A stretch of 64,000 bases of DNA from Lingula anatina. Its lineage: Eukaryota > Animalia > Brachiopoda. The stretch spans positions 70,286,788 to 70,350,787 of the forward strand of contig CM120640.1 of assembly GCA_051362555.1 (NCBI GenBank), in the 5' to 3' direction. This document shows, one piece after another, positions 26,833 to 38,700 of the stretch. The translations under genes were made by a program, and so were the position numbers. The stretch's first letter is position 1. Each line of letters starts with the position of its first letter. The notes below the pieces were generated by a model that saw only the letters and a program-made list of their open reading frames with translations, had not been told where the DNA came from and did no database searches.

Positions 26833-29466
26833 GTGTGTGTAGGCCTATGTGCGTGCGCTCGCGCGTGTGTGACAGAAAAGCGCATCAAGCAGCGGCATTA
26901 TACAGTAAAGACAAAAGCGTTTTCCTTCAAACAATCTAAACTCAATGGGTTTCCTGTTCCAATTGGAGATAAATACTAAAATGATGCATCACACGACTAG
27001 ATCAGCATGGATCAAATCTCACTGCCATTACGTTCGCACAACACGCAGACGCCGCGGGAGCTTAGGGCATCTCTTGAAAGAAACAACAGTACAAAGAAAC
27101 AGTTGACATAAAAGAAGGGCAGAGGTCTCTCACTTTCATGCATTTAAGACAAATGCAGACGTCTCTCACTTACATTCATTTCAGACAAGTATAAGCCATA
27201 ACACCGCCATGAAACTCTGGTCTTCATGTTTTTTTATTTCAACGTGACAAACAAAACATATGTTTCATAACACCTTTATTATTTTTCATCAGGCAATAGC
27301 AAGAAGTGTTATTTCAAAATATGATTCTAGAGAAAAATACGACTGTGGCTGATAAATAAATGCCCCACTTTGGCGCTCCCTTGTTATTTCCAGGATACCT
27401 TGATGTTGCGACATCGTTTCAAGAACATTTTAGTCAGTTCATTGCTGGTACCAGTGTGGAACCAATAGCAACTGGTTCTCACGTTGCAGGCTTTCTGCAA
27501 AATGTCCAATAAATGTTTAGGTGTGTTCCCCAAGACCATTTTATATCCTCGCACTTCTCATCCATCTTGAACTTGTCACTTAAATACCAAAAACAAATGA
27601 CACTCAACCAAACCAATCAAACCAATGAACCAAATCAATGGTATTGAGTAATTTTGTTGCACGAGTTCCAGTAATGTGCCGACTGAGTGTTAACCTTATT
27701 GGTGTAGTCTATTCCCGCCAGGATCGTTACATTTGATTTTGTTTGAACGCACGAGCATTGCTGTATCAGAGATAGAGATGATGGTAGCAATTTTCCTTTC
27801 AAATCTCTGTCTTCACAAGCTAGGGCTTTTACATATAATTCAATGCGTGTAATTCGTTCACCCATGTGGCAAAATGCTGGCGTTATGAACTTCTGACCGT
27901 TGATTATGTTCATGCCATGCTGTCACAAGTGGTGACAAGTAGAAACCATTTTCCTAAGGCAACTGAAATATTAAACTCGTGGTGACTTTAGGTAAGATTT
28001 GAGAACGGATACAAGGGAGAAATTTGAATAAACTGGGTGGGAACCATTTTCAAAATTTAACTTATCAAAGCTGTAAATTTCAAGTCCACATTAGACAATT
28101 CGGTTTAAAGGATGGAATAGGCAAACAATTCAATATGTATGCATGTGTGTGTGTGTTCAAGCTGAATGTAAAAAACGATCAAAACGTTTAACGATCATTC
28201 GACTTGCGATCAATATCTCAATAATGTATGTAATACAAGGTATCCCTTGGCCATTGAAATCTCAACAATGTTCTCCGAACCATATAGGGGAATATGAATA
28301 TGGGGAATAAAACGACTGTATTAGTAAATGATTAGTGAAAGTAGACCTACTCATTGCATATTCAATGTCAAAAAAGACAAATCAATTTAGTTTTTTCAGG
28401 CGTCTCATATTCTTAAATATTCAATTAAGGAGGAAGCCCCGACAATTTTTTTAAAAACACTCTCACCATGCAGAAAAGCCTCACCTTTGATTGTTTACTT
28501 CATAAATTATCTTTTACTAAAAAGTTTGCTCCGATTAAATTTCATTATAAACTCATTAACTCATTTTTCTTACAGTATCATTTTTGGCTTCAGGGGTATC
28601 TTGGCCCTCAGTATAATCATATCAACATTGCACATATATAAAAAGAGCCACCAACGCTATCAAGTCATTTCTCATCGAGGTGCAGTTTAGATTTTATCAA
28701 GAAAAACGTAAAGTTGTACATAGTCTTTCTTCAATGGTTTTCTTCGGATGGGGATTATATCTCTATAGCAAAAAATGTTAATCAAAAAACGTAATTTTTT
28801 GTTTTGTTTTTCACATGTTCCCAGTACAGACGATCACTGAAAATTAAAAGGTCGTATCACTTATGCTTAACAAATAAAGCTTAAAACCAATTCTTATCCG
28901 TTCCCTATTTTAAAAAGTAAAAGACGCCCATTAAAGCTTTAGTGCGGTACCCAGACGCTTCGGTCAGCTCAGCTCTCTCTCTCCCCCCTATACAGCACAC
29001 CCGTACACCAACTTAGGGTTTTTCGTAATATTTCGCAGACTGTACACGTGCCTCCATTGTATCTTTATCTTTCATTCAATAATGAAAAATAAAACTTCAA
29101 GTCATATTTACAATTGACTTTATACCCTGCTATGAATATGTCATTGATGTGTTTATCTGACTTTAAAATATCATGTTAAACAATATAAAACGAGATGACA
29201 TAGATTACTTTTTTTTAAATTTAAGATAACCCCACAACACATGTACTGAGTACTTACAGTTTTGTAACGTATGTTAATGGCGGACCCGTTGTCGGTATTG
29301 ATGTTAAACTATTCGGTTCCCTACAGTCCACAGTGGTATCCAGACACTTGCACAGATCGCATATAGAGCCCTCGTATTCAAAACTCCTTGATATCATGAA
29401 CGAAATGAAAATTACAACCATTAAAATTGAATGAGTCCAAGGCGGAGTTAGTCTTGATATCAACAT
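14556..29466 (-). CDS. Trk: Trk neurotrophin receptor tyrosine kinase (NTRK family), about 849 aa, 13 coding exons
   Basis: Exons (minus): 29258-29466, 26446-26520, 25556-25627, 23614-23682, 23102-23256, 22605-22877, 20961-21266, 20473-20696, 19993-20269, 18214-18511, 17041-17278, 15474-15632, 14556-14750. All GT-AG, phases consistent, total 2550 nt. Signal peptide and Cys cluster (CDLCKC), 3 LRR exons, NPFSCNC LRRCT, two Ig domains (second with WCI..V.GYP.P.I.W and GCL.F..P.H..NG.YTL), TM helix, ENPNY, kinase LGEGAFG / VAVK / HRDLATRN / [14 protein letters not shown] / [10 protein letters not shown]. Confidence 0.96.
16137..16413. mobile_element. MITE family K (CAGGGGCGGATCCAGG ends, hAT-like)
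   Basis: caggggcggatccagg ... aagtccgccactg; related partial copies at 41254-41475, 51600-51841 and 59540-59716. Confidence 0.7.
19366..19656. mobile_element. Palindromic MITE family I copy 1
   Basis: ggccattcagaatagaagatccgaggatc / gatcctcgaatcttctactctgaatggct; inner aaatatggcggacc and aatggtctc arms shared with 38085-38397 and 52223-52509. Confidence 0.8.
21375..22145. mobile_element. Putative Kolobok-like non-autonomous element
   Basis: TTAA|ggatactg ... cagtaccc|TTAA: short TIR with TTAA on both flanks. Confidence 0.45.
23360..23514. mobile_element. Short dispersed repeat family J copy 1 (Kolobok-like)
   Basis: tagccatctatggaggtcacgtggtc...gagttgttatcc, homologous to 30919-31088; TTAA on the left flank. 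Confidence 0.7.
25161..25371. mobile_element. MITE family A copy 2
   Basis: TTA|gaccccatttccagagattagatcgatc ... gatcgatctaaaagctctgggaatacagcc|TTA; interior homologous to 580-796. Confidence 0.85.
25945..26421 (+). mobile_element. Decayed Rex-Babar/CR1-group LINE 3' end with (TCTTA)n tail
   Basis: Translates to [17 protein letters not shown]...[10 protein letters not shown] (cf. D.SHP...LF..LP...NSF.P.A ORF2 C-terminus); simple-repeat tail at 26383-26421; antisense within the Trk intron. Confidence 0.65.
26798..26841. repeat. (GT)n microsatellite
   Basis: Seen directly. Confidence 0.9.
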
Positions 29467-30422
29467 AGTGAAGCTGTCAGTGTTCAGAGTTCTTTGCCGT
29501 TACCCAGTAGAGGGGTGGTGCGCAATCCACATAATAACATCCCTGTATCATGTGCAGCGACGTTGAGTCGAAAATTTGATTTAATATAAAAGAGTCACCG
29601 TTTTTCCGTAGGTGTCTTTTTTACACCAGCGCAACCAGCCTCCTGTTGTCAACAGTGGACCTCTCCAAACGCAGAGGACGCTTTACCAATAACATAGCAG
29701 AGGCAGTAGAGCCAGCTTGGCCAGTTCAATCAGCAGGCGGCATCATCGGTAGCGTAGAAAAATTGTGATTTCGAAGCTGTGATGCAAGTCTTACAGTGAC
29801 AGTGATTTTTCATTACTGATAAAAACACCATTTAGTTTAATTTGAGAGGATTTTACCTGCAGAGAAATGTAAGCCAGGTTTGAATTACTAATAAATGCCA
29901 CGGATTACAATTAATTAAGACGTGGGTTGGAAAGCGTGATTACACTTGGTCATATAGGTCTTGTTACTTCCCTGGAACAATTATCAGGACTTATTTTCCT
30001 CCGAGAATTGTTAATATTATAATCACCTTTGGTCTTGTTTACAGACACGTTAATATCGTCCGTAGAGAAAAAAAAGGACAGGCACGTTCAAATGAAAATC
30101 ATTCCTCAAAAGTTGGACGTCCAGTGACTGCCTTACTGTTTCCACGGCTAACGATCCCACCCATGGGGTGAAGGAATCTTAACGTTTCGCTGTCTCTAGG
30201 TCTATGGTACGTGTAACAAGTATCCCAAATAATATGACAACAGCATTGTTGACAGATTGTGTTAGTGGTAAAATTTTGACAAAAAAACGTGAAGGTGAAA
30301 ACTGGACGGATCGTATCCTTGTTTGTTATTTTACTTTGTAAAAGCCTGAAAGGGACGCAAATAAAAGGACCTAGTTCCAGAATGTTAATAAGTTATTTCA
30401 ATTTTAAAAGTGGAGAAGTGTA

Positions 30423-30430
30423 TGACGTCA
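30423..30430. promoter_or_regulatory. Consensus CRE (TGACGTCA) about 1 kb upstream of the Trk ATG
   Basis: tatgacgtcata 12-bp palindrome; function untested. Confidence 0.35.
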
Positions 30431-30918
30431 TAAGCTGAGTGCACCATATTACGTGGGTAGAAAATTAACGGTGATACTCGGAACGCTGAATTCTGCATTC
30501 AGGTTAATGATTACTATGTTTTTTTTTATTCAGCGCCACAGGTGGTACAACAGATTCTAAAAAACATTATAGAACTCTTGTGGCAGAATGGCACCCTGCC
30601 CCAAGTAATGGTTTACCTTGTGGACATTATCTGATTTTATAATTTTAGACAAGCAGACATATGGTAATTTTTATCTAGTGATTGATAAAAATTAACTAGA
30701 AGAAAATGTACATTATTATCGCTTTTGTTATATTTTCCATACTCTGTTAAAGCAATAATAACTCTTCGTTTCGGCCAAAAAATGAATTTTCCTGGAGTAA
30801 ACAACAATTTTCCCATACTTTCCAATGGTTAATGAATCCATTTTTACATTCAAAGTTGGTCCCTGGTTTTTTTCTAATAAGTTTGGTTTTTTTGTTAAAA
30901 TCTCTTAAGAGATTTTAA

Positions 30919-31088
30919 CAGAGTATAGCCATCAATGGAGGTCACGTGGTCTAAAGACAAGCTCAGATATCAGAATAATAGCTATAACTGCTGTTTTTGT
31001 GGTAAAACAGAATATATTATATTTCTATGAGTTATTCACAAGGTTTTTATTGTGAAATATAGATCTCATATGAAGAGTTATTATCCCT
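30919..31088. mobile_element. Short dispersed repeat family J copy 2 (Kolobok-like)
   Basis: Homologous to 23360-23514; TTAA on both flanks. Confidence 0.7.
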
Positions 31089-31418
31089 TTAATGTACGCG
31101 TTGACAGGTGTGGCAATGGAGGTGTTTTTTTTTTTCTTTTTTTCAACACAGAATTCTTGATGCGATAATAACTTGAGAGTTATGACCAAGATTAGCCTCG
31201 ACTATTTGCGCATTTCTTTGGGTTGAAATAAATCACCGTGTTCAAAGCAAATGCTTTTTCTAATTGGCATTTCTGGACCATATTACCGAATTTCGCCATT
31301 AAAATAAGGTAAAACCATTGCATGCCATTTTGAATCTTAACTCAAAGAAAAATCCCAAAAGAGGCTACCAGAATTAAGTCATCCAGCAGGCATGTCATCA
31401 GTACTGTATTCCATACTG

Positions 31419-31566
31419 GGGCCCGTATCTCGAAAGGATCGCGTACTGCGAATAGCGATATCACATAGAGGCTACAATGTATTATATGGGGCGAGTATGG
31501 GCGAGTTATGGAATCGAGACGCTTGCGCACGGTCGCAACATAGCGAAGCTTTCGAGATACGGGGCC
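31419..31566. mobile_element. MITE with CTG target duplication (Harbinger-like)
   Basis: CTG|gggcccgtatctcgaaag ... ctttcgagatacggggcc|CTG. Confidence 0.8.
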
Positions 31567-31588
31567 CTGGTGAACGAAACTGAGGGTC

Positions 31589-31715
31589 CGTGTAACAGAA
31601 TGTCCGCCCTCCATATAGTTACGGTTAGGGTTAGCCTGACCTAAGTGGGTCAAAATCTAGGGCGAGGCTTACCTGTACAAATGAATGGGAAGCGGACCCT
31701 CTGTCACGTTACACC
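31589..31715. mobile_element. Small TIR element with internal ggttagggttag
   Basis: gtgtaacaga..gtccgc / gcggac..tctgtcacgttacac ends; similar termini at 58219-58318. Confidence 0.5.
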
Positions 31716-32403
31716 AAACACAAACGGTACGGAACACGGGGCACCATGGAAGAAAAAGAAATCATGGAAATCACATACGACTGAAACATCCGCCTTGATG
31801 TGCAGTGCTGTGTTATATAAATATCAATGACACAGACTTATTATAACAGTAGAAACGACATACTTATATAAGTACTTTTTTTTTATTATTTTTTATTATT
31901 ATTTTTTTTAAATTTTGGACCAGTCCATCAAACAATGTGCGGTGACAAGAGCAGACATTAGTGAGACGTTAGGGAATAAATAGGCCTGTAGCAAAAACCT
32001 GCAACTTCTAGAATTGAGCGTATTATAAAAATACTGCAAAAAATAAGCCATCCTCAAAGGTGTGCCTTCCCAAGAAACTGCATAAAATTACAATTAATAA
32101 TAATTTTATGACAGCGTTCAAATAAAATGGGTTGCACGTCCTCGCGCGCCAGCCAAGCTTGAAGAGGCAATTTTGATATCGGTAAGGGGTAGCTTTCTGA
32201 TAAGGCAAAATTGGCTTTTATCTTTCAGATCGACGCTGCCATACGCAGAGTTCAGGGGGTACGTTTGTATGAACTGGAATTGAAATAGTTGACTGGATTG
32301 CCTGCTATCAACGATCCGATGCGCCCCGTTAAAAAACAAAAAATTGAACTCGATGAAGGCTGTTGTTATTGGATATTTCATAAATTCAAGATGTCTTTAA
32401 TAT

Positions 32404-33022
32404 CAGGCCTACCCAACTACCAGACTTGGCACATAAGGATCCTGAATTAACCGGTATATCGGACCACACTACCCGTTTTCAAGGTGTGTGTCAGATCGCA
32501 TTTCGGAGTATCAGTCAGAACACCGACAGGATGAGCCCACGCTCGGCTGTCACCTTGAATGGATAGTAAACGGTTGTCGTAAAATCGCTATATGCATAAA
32601 TTTGAAAACCACCTAGAACAACCTTAGACTGCCGCATTAATCTAATACAATGCAAAAAAAAAAAAAAAAGCCCTATCAAAAGTGGTTAAAGCATTCAAAC
32701 CGAATGTCGTAAAGTCCTCATACACCCCCATAGAGACAATAAAATACTCTAAAGTAAGAGTACAGTCTAAGGTTGTTCTAGTTGGTTTTCAAATTTATGC
32801 ACCCGGTTTTAAAATCATATAGCTTTTTTACGACAATCGCTTACAATCCAATCAAGGTGACAGCCGAGCGTAGATGAGCCCGCGGTCGTTCTACAAAATT
32901 TGTTCTGGGGTGTGATACTCCGAAATGCGATCTGACACACACCTTGAAAACGGGTAGTGTGGTCCGATATACCGGTTAATTCAGGATCCTCATGTGCCGA
33001 GTCTGGTAGTTGGGTAGGCCTG
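32404..33022. mobile_element. Family C copy 2 (5-bp TSD aatat) carrying a nested element
   Basis: AATAT|caggcctacccaactaccag ... ctggtagttgggtaggcctg|AATAT; about 110-bp near-perfect TIRs. Confidence 0.9.
32538..32872. mobile_element. Nested hAT-type MITE with 8-bp TSD
   Basis: GATGAGCC|cacgctcggctgtcaccttga ... tcaaggtgacagccgagcgta|GATGAGCC. Confidence 0.9.
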
Positions 33023-33960
33023 AATATGATGGATTAAGTTTTCATATCTGAAATTGGACAAAAAAATTCCACTCTTGCTGAAGCTCGTCTTTTTGACAAT
33101 TGCGTCCTGACAGATTAAGGGTTCGGCGTACTGCCAACCTGTACAAAACAGCGCCTTCATCCACTCCGTTTGTTAATTTGCAATCACGTTCTCTTTTCCG
33201 TAGCAGATGGTGATGTTATATAGAATTTGATTTGCACTTGCGTCAAAAACAGGAAGATACCTACCGGGTAAATACGTACGTACAAGTTAAATAACATAAT
33301 ATGCATTCCCGATTCTAATTCTATTGGACGACTTAATATTCACCCATTTGTGTCAGAACCGTTATTACAAAGTAAATAAATGCATAATTACTTCATGTTT
33401 TTGATCATTTAACAACATTCGCTTTCCAGCGCACACAAGCTAAAACGTACTCACACCAAGCCTCAAAAAATCTAGTAAACTCAGTACCGAACAACCTTGC
33501 CTCAAATTTTACTGCTATCGAACGGGAAGAAATAAAACCAAATAACTTTATTAAGCGATACTGTGAAAATTAAATTAAACAAATGAATAAAAAGCCGATT
33601 CACCTCTTATTACAGGGGTTACCAAGAAGTAAGCAGACTGTAAACATGGAGCATTATCCAAATAAAAACTTCATGTTAGAAGTTGAGAAATTGCTCAACC
33701 AGAAGAGAAATCTCAGGTTTTTCCTTTAATGGCCTTCACACAGAAGAGTGGACGCGAGCGTGTGAAATACACGTAAAACAACGCTCAACGAGAACAATGT
33801 TAGATTGGGATTAACACTTAATTAAATATTTTTCGAGGTTTTCTTGTTACCATGACCACTGCACTTGACGCTAACAGCATTACCGATAACTACTGGTGTT
33901 TATCATATAATGATAGTATCAAACTGCCCAAGAGCAATCAGATAATATTGGTTTATAATT

Positions 33961-33966
33961 TTTATT
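33961..33966 (-). terminator. Probable polyadenylation signal of the FKBP gene
   Basis: AATAAA on the minus strand about 270 nt after the FKBP stop codon. Confidence 0.5.
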
Positions 33967-34234
33967 CAGTTAATATATTCAGAAACAAAGAAATGTAATA
34001 AATTTAAAAAGGCATTGTATCCTTTAAAACGCATTCCTAAAATACTATTCGATGAAAAAATTGATAAGAAGTGACAACTCCGTCTCTCCCCAGTCTCCAT
34101 ACAGTGTGACCATTGTGTGGGGGATCACCAGTCCATGTTGTCATTTTGATGAAAGCTGTATGTCACAGCAGGAATGATTTCAAAGCTTTTCATTATACAG
34201 CACCAAGACTTTCATAAGACCCAGCATTGGCGTC

Positions 34235-35735
34235 TCACTTCACGGACTTGAGCTCCACCTCAAATGTCAGCGTGCTGTTGGGGGGGATTGGTCCTGTGTT
34301 GTGGGCACCATAGCTGTGATAGTAAATAAAATATCTCACATACAGAAACTCAGCTTTGGTTAATGAATACAATATATACAGCATTCTTCAAATGAAGTGG
34401 CTTGCATCAATAAATGACTATAAAATAATCTTTGGGCTAATTTTATCATTTCATTTTAAAAAAAAATTATATATATATACCTACCCTTGAGATGGGGGTA
34501 CGATCAGTTTCCTTTTACCTCCTACTCTCATACCTGTATAATAAACATAGTCAAAAGTAAAAAAAATGACACTTACAGATTATTTTTAAATTGTACTCCT
34601 CTGCTGAAGTTAAACAAAGCCAGTGCCAGTGAGTACATATCATTCTGATATTTCACCAGTAAGAAAGCATAACAAATTCATAATGTAAAACAAACTGATC
34701 TCTCACCTGCTACGCCAGTGTCCCAGCCCTTTATTACATTTCCCTTGCCGAGGCGAAATTTGAAAGGTCGACCACTTAGATGAGCATCAAACTGTTTTCC
34801 ATTTGAAAGGGTTCCTTTATAGTAAACAAACACCTAAAATGTGAAAAGATTATTGTTAGCTAAAACAGTTCATGAATTCAGTGGAACAAAAGGAATGGCA
34901 AATGAGAAAATTGCTCTTCCAAAGTAAAACAGTACATATTAAGGTCCTGAGATGTGTAAGGCATCACTGTAGAGACAGAGACGGCTGTTCATACTTTGGT
35001 GAAGGGACATCCTGGTTCCAGTGAACAACTCACATAATAGTGGACGGGGAGGACATATAAGACATAAAACTTACCATTTTCCCCTGAGTAGCCTCTGGCC
35101 CATGCCCCAGCTTTAAATCTTGTATAAAAGTTCCACCAGATAATGTCTTCTTCTCAAGTTTTGGGGTGCTCTGAAAATTGAAAAGTCATGCCTGCATATT
35201 ACAGCTTCAGTAACTTACAGATCATGAGCCTCTAATAAAACATTTCTGATCAATTCTAAAATGAAAATAATTCAAATCCAATAATCTTATTTATTTACAA
35301 CATGTTTATTTAACTAAAAAAGGTATCTTGATATACACTTGACTCTACTGTAAGCCGTGACTGGAACTTGATACCTTTGTGGGTTTTGCTTCTTTTGCAA
35401 CAGGAGTACCTCCATTCTGCTGTACTTTGTTATCCAGAGATTCTTTTTCATCTTTATTTTTCTGTGTCTTCTTCTTCTTTGAGCTTTGACTATTTGTCTG
35501 AGAGTTCCTGTCTTTTGGTGTATTTTGCTCATTTGGTTGCTGGTTTTTCTTCTCTTTATTTTTCTTGGCACTCTGTTTAGATTTATTTATGACTTTTTCA
35601 TAGCTTCCAGTAGAATCTGCATCAGAGTCTTCCTCCTCATGGTCCACTGTGATGTCTGGGTTGGTCAGGATATTCTCAGAATCTGCAGACATCAAAACAG
35701 TTTTACTGCTGGTTATATGTTGTCATATGGACTGG

Positions 35736-35786
<51 letters not shown>

Positions 35787-38700
35787 CAAAACCGATAGAA
35801 CCAATACAAATCTTTACCGTCTTGTTTCTCTCTGTGCATTAATTGCAGAAGCAACCTTTCTGCAGGTCTTACTGTTCTTAATGCTAGCTGAAAGAGGCAC
35901 TGTACACTGTGCTTCAACTGAGTATTTCCACATCATTATATTATGACAGCCAAGCAAGTGCCTGATGACCAATTTAGGGTGTCAAATGGGATAATTTGCT
36001 TGTTAAGTGTATCCTTTAGATAGACTAGGATTGGGATAAATATTAGGCACCTGTGCTCATTGATACCTCGTCATTAATCTTACTTACATTATAAATACTT
36101 TGTGATTCTATGGAAAGTTGCAGACTTGACCAACTGAATTATGGGTGGCATTTTGTACGTTACTTGTACATAGTTTGTTATGTAGAGACCAAGCAGCATC
36201 CTAGTTACAAGTAGAACATACTCACCATCACTGTCTTCTTCTTCTTCTTCTTCTTCATCATCTTCCTCATCTTCTGCAACAGACTGAAATAATAACCCGA
36301 CAACTAACAATTTGACCCCAAAATGAATAGAAGTTATGGTGTTAGTTATGTAGCATATCAGTGTGAAGAATGTTCTTTTACCTAGACCCGAGGGGGGGGT
36401 CATTGAGAACTGTGCAGTATATAGAAGGTAGTATTAAATTACAGATTCCTTTTTTCTTTAGCCAAATTACCAGGGGCACAACTACTTGTTAAAATTAAGA
36501 AGATGGCTGTGATAATAACATTTTAAAGGCAATTCTAAAAATATGTTCCTATTTTTTTTCAATTTTACATGAATACAGAGATAAAAATAAGGAACATACA
36601 GGTAATCTTAAAACTTGATGCATATGGCATCAGGGCCTCTACACCTTTTTTTAAAATACCTGTGTAGCTTTTTGAAAATCATAAGATTTTTTAAAAATCA
36701 TATAAAAAAACGAAGGTGTAATTAACATTCCATTACTACTGACTGAAAACTTCCCAATGAGATTGGTGATCAAACTAATGCCAGAATACTATCTTTGCTA
36801 TGGGGAGCTAAGTAATCAAAACTTTTAATGGAGAACAAATATTTCTACACCCATTTCAAGAATTTATGCTAACATTTACCATGGTCCACTTGTTTGCATC
36901 AAACAAAAACCTTGAATTGTTTATATGTACCTCAGACTTTGGAATAACTATCAGGCACTGAAAACTAAATTTCTTCATCAAACAGATAATTACATCACTG
37001 TCTTCCCCCGCCTCCTCTGCCTCCTCCTCCTCCTCACTACTGCTCTCCTCCTCAGCTTCAGATTCCTCCTCCTCTTCCTCATCCTCCTCTTCTGACAAGG
37101 ACACTTTCTGCTTCTTGGCTGCTTTTTTCTTTATCTTACTACTTGAGTCTTGTTGTTTCTTTTTCCTTTTCCCTGAAAATTGTATAGGAATATGAGACTA
37201 TTGTATAAGGATTAGTTACAATGTGGTTTTTGTCATTAATGTTTCCAAACTTATTTACCAATATCATTCTGTAGAAACGTACTGTGAGAATAAAAACATC
37301 CTGTGAACATAACTAAAATTAATCCCTGAAAAGTGATTTAGGTTGATTTTTCAAAATTGTTGAGGGTCAAGATCAACTTCACACTTGCAATCTATTAAAG
37401 TAGTTTATACAAACACTTTTTCGGTATCATTCACTTCATTGAGGAATTTCAAAATAAGTTTATTCCAGTGAAACTGATACAAAGCTGCAAGTATATCTAG
37501 AAAAACTGAAATAAAATCAAATCCCCTGTGAAAATTTTGTTTCATTTAACGTTAACTTACAGTTCTCAGTCTATTCCTGAACATTTGGTATATTTTTTTA
37601 GTTCTAATGTTGTTCTGTAATGAATGTAACAGTTTGAGAACTGTTTTTGGGAAGTCCTTCAGAATGTCCTAAAACAGATTATGAATTTTTTTTCTTAAAA
37701 CAGAAAAACATTATGTTCCAGGACAGATTGAGAACCGTAAGTGAGCATTAAATGACAAAAATTTTCACAGGGGATTGTGCCACCCACCTGTTTGAGGAGT
37801 CCATTCCTCCCCTTCTTCATCCTCCTCTTCATCCTCCATATCAGATTCTGTCAGTGCTTGTAATGTGGGAACCTCCTCTGGAAACAGAAGTGGACAGAGT
37901 TTTAAACCACAACATATCCTTAAGTAAATTATCACTCATATGTGTTAAAAACTTATCAGTTTACAGCATCAGTAGTGCTTTTATTTGATGATTACTGTTT
38001 GTCAAGTTAGACCATCGTTTGCAAAGTAGAGCAAGCTGATCATTGTTACTTTAAATATTGGATACAGATTCAATGGTAATCAATGGGAGCATTCACATTG
38101 AGAAGAGCCGAGGTCTAATAAGGCAGCAACCTAAATATGGCAGACCTACATGAAAGGGAAACCGCTTAATCCTATAATGGTCTCTCTGCCTATCACACAG
38201 CTACCCACGCGTCATCCCTTGACCGGTTGAATTGAGCCGAGATTTAACAAGTGTGCCCCTGCAGTGACGCCGCGCGGAGAGGCTTGTGAGAGGCAGAGAG
38301 ACCATTAATGGATTAAGCGGTTTCCCTTTCATGTAGGTCTGTCATATTTAGGTTGCGGCCTTACTAGACATTGGCTTTTCTCGATGTGAATTCTCCCTAT
38401 AGTTTCAAATCTTAACATGTGCAGCTCATTTGTAAGACCATACTTTACTAGATAACATTTTAGTAACTCCTTTTTAAATATGTTACATAACATCTTGATA
38501 TGCAGCGGAGTACAAAAAATCACTCCGTCTCTTTTTATCTTTACCCTCAGAATCCACAGACTCCTCATCACTGGAGCTCTCAACTAGACCCATAGCTTCA
38601 TCATCATCATCATATTTTTCATCTTCTACTAAGTAGCCAGTTAAGTGAACCACACCTGAAAATATCACATACGATTACGTTTCAATGTTTAAATGCATTT

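Noticed and set aside
31622-31634. Telomeric repeat or telomerase RNA template (ggttagggttag)
   Set aside because: Only two units, inside a small TIR element; no supporting structure seen.
34345-34412. C/D snoRNA in FKBP intron 11 (UGAUGC ... CUGA on the minus strand)
   Set aside because: Imperfect C box, no terminal stem and no rRNA complementarity that I could recognise.
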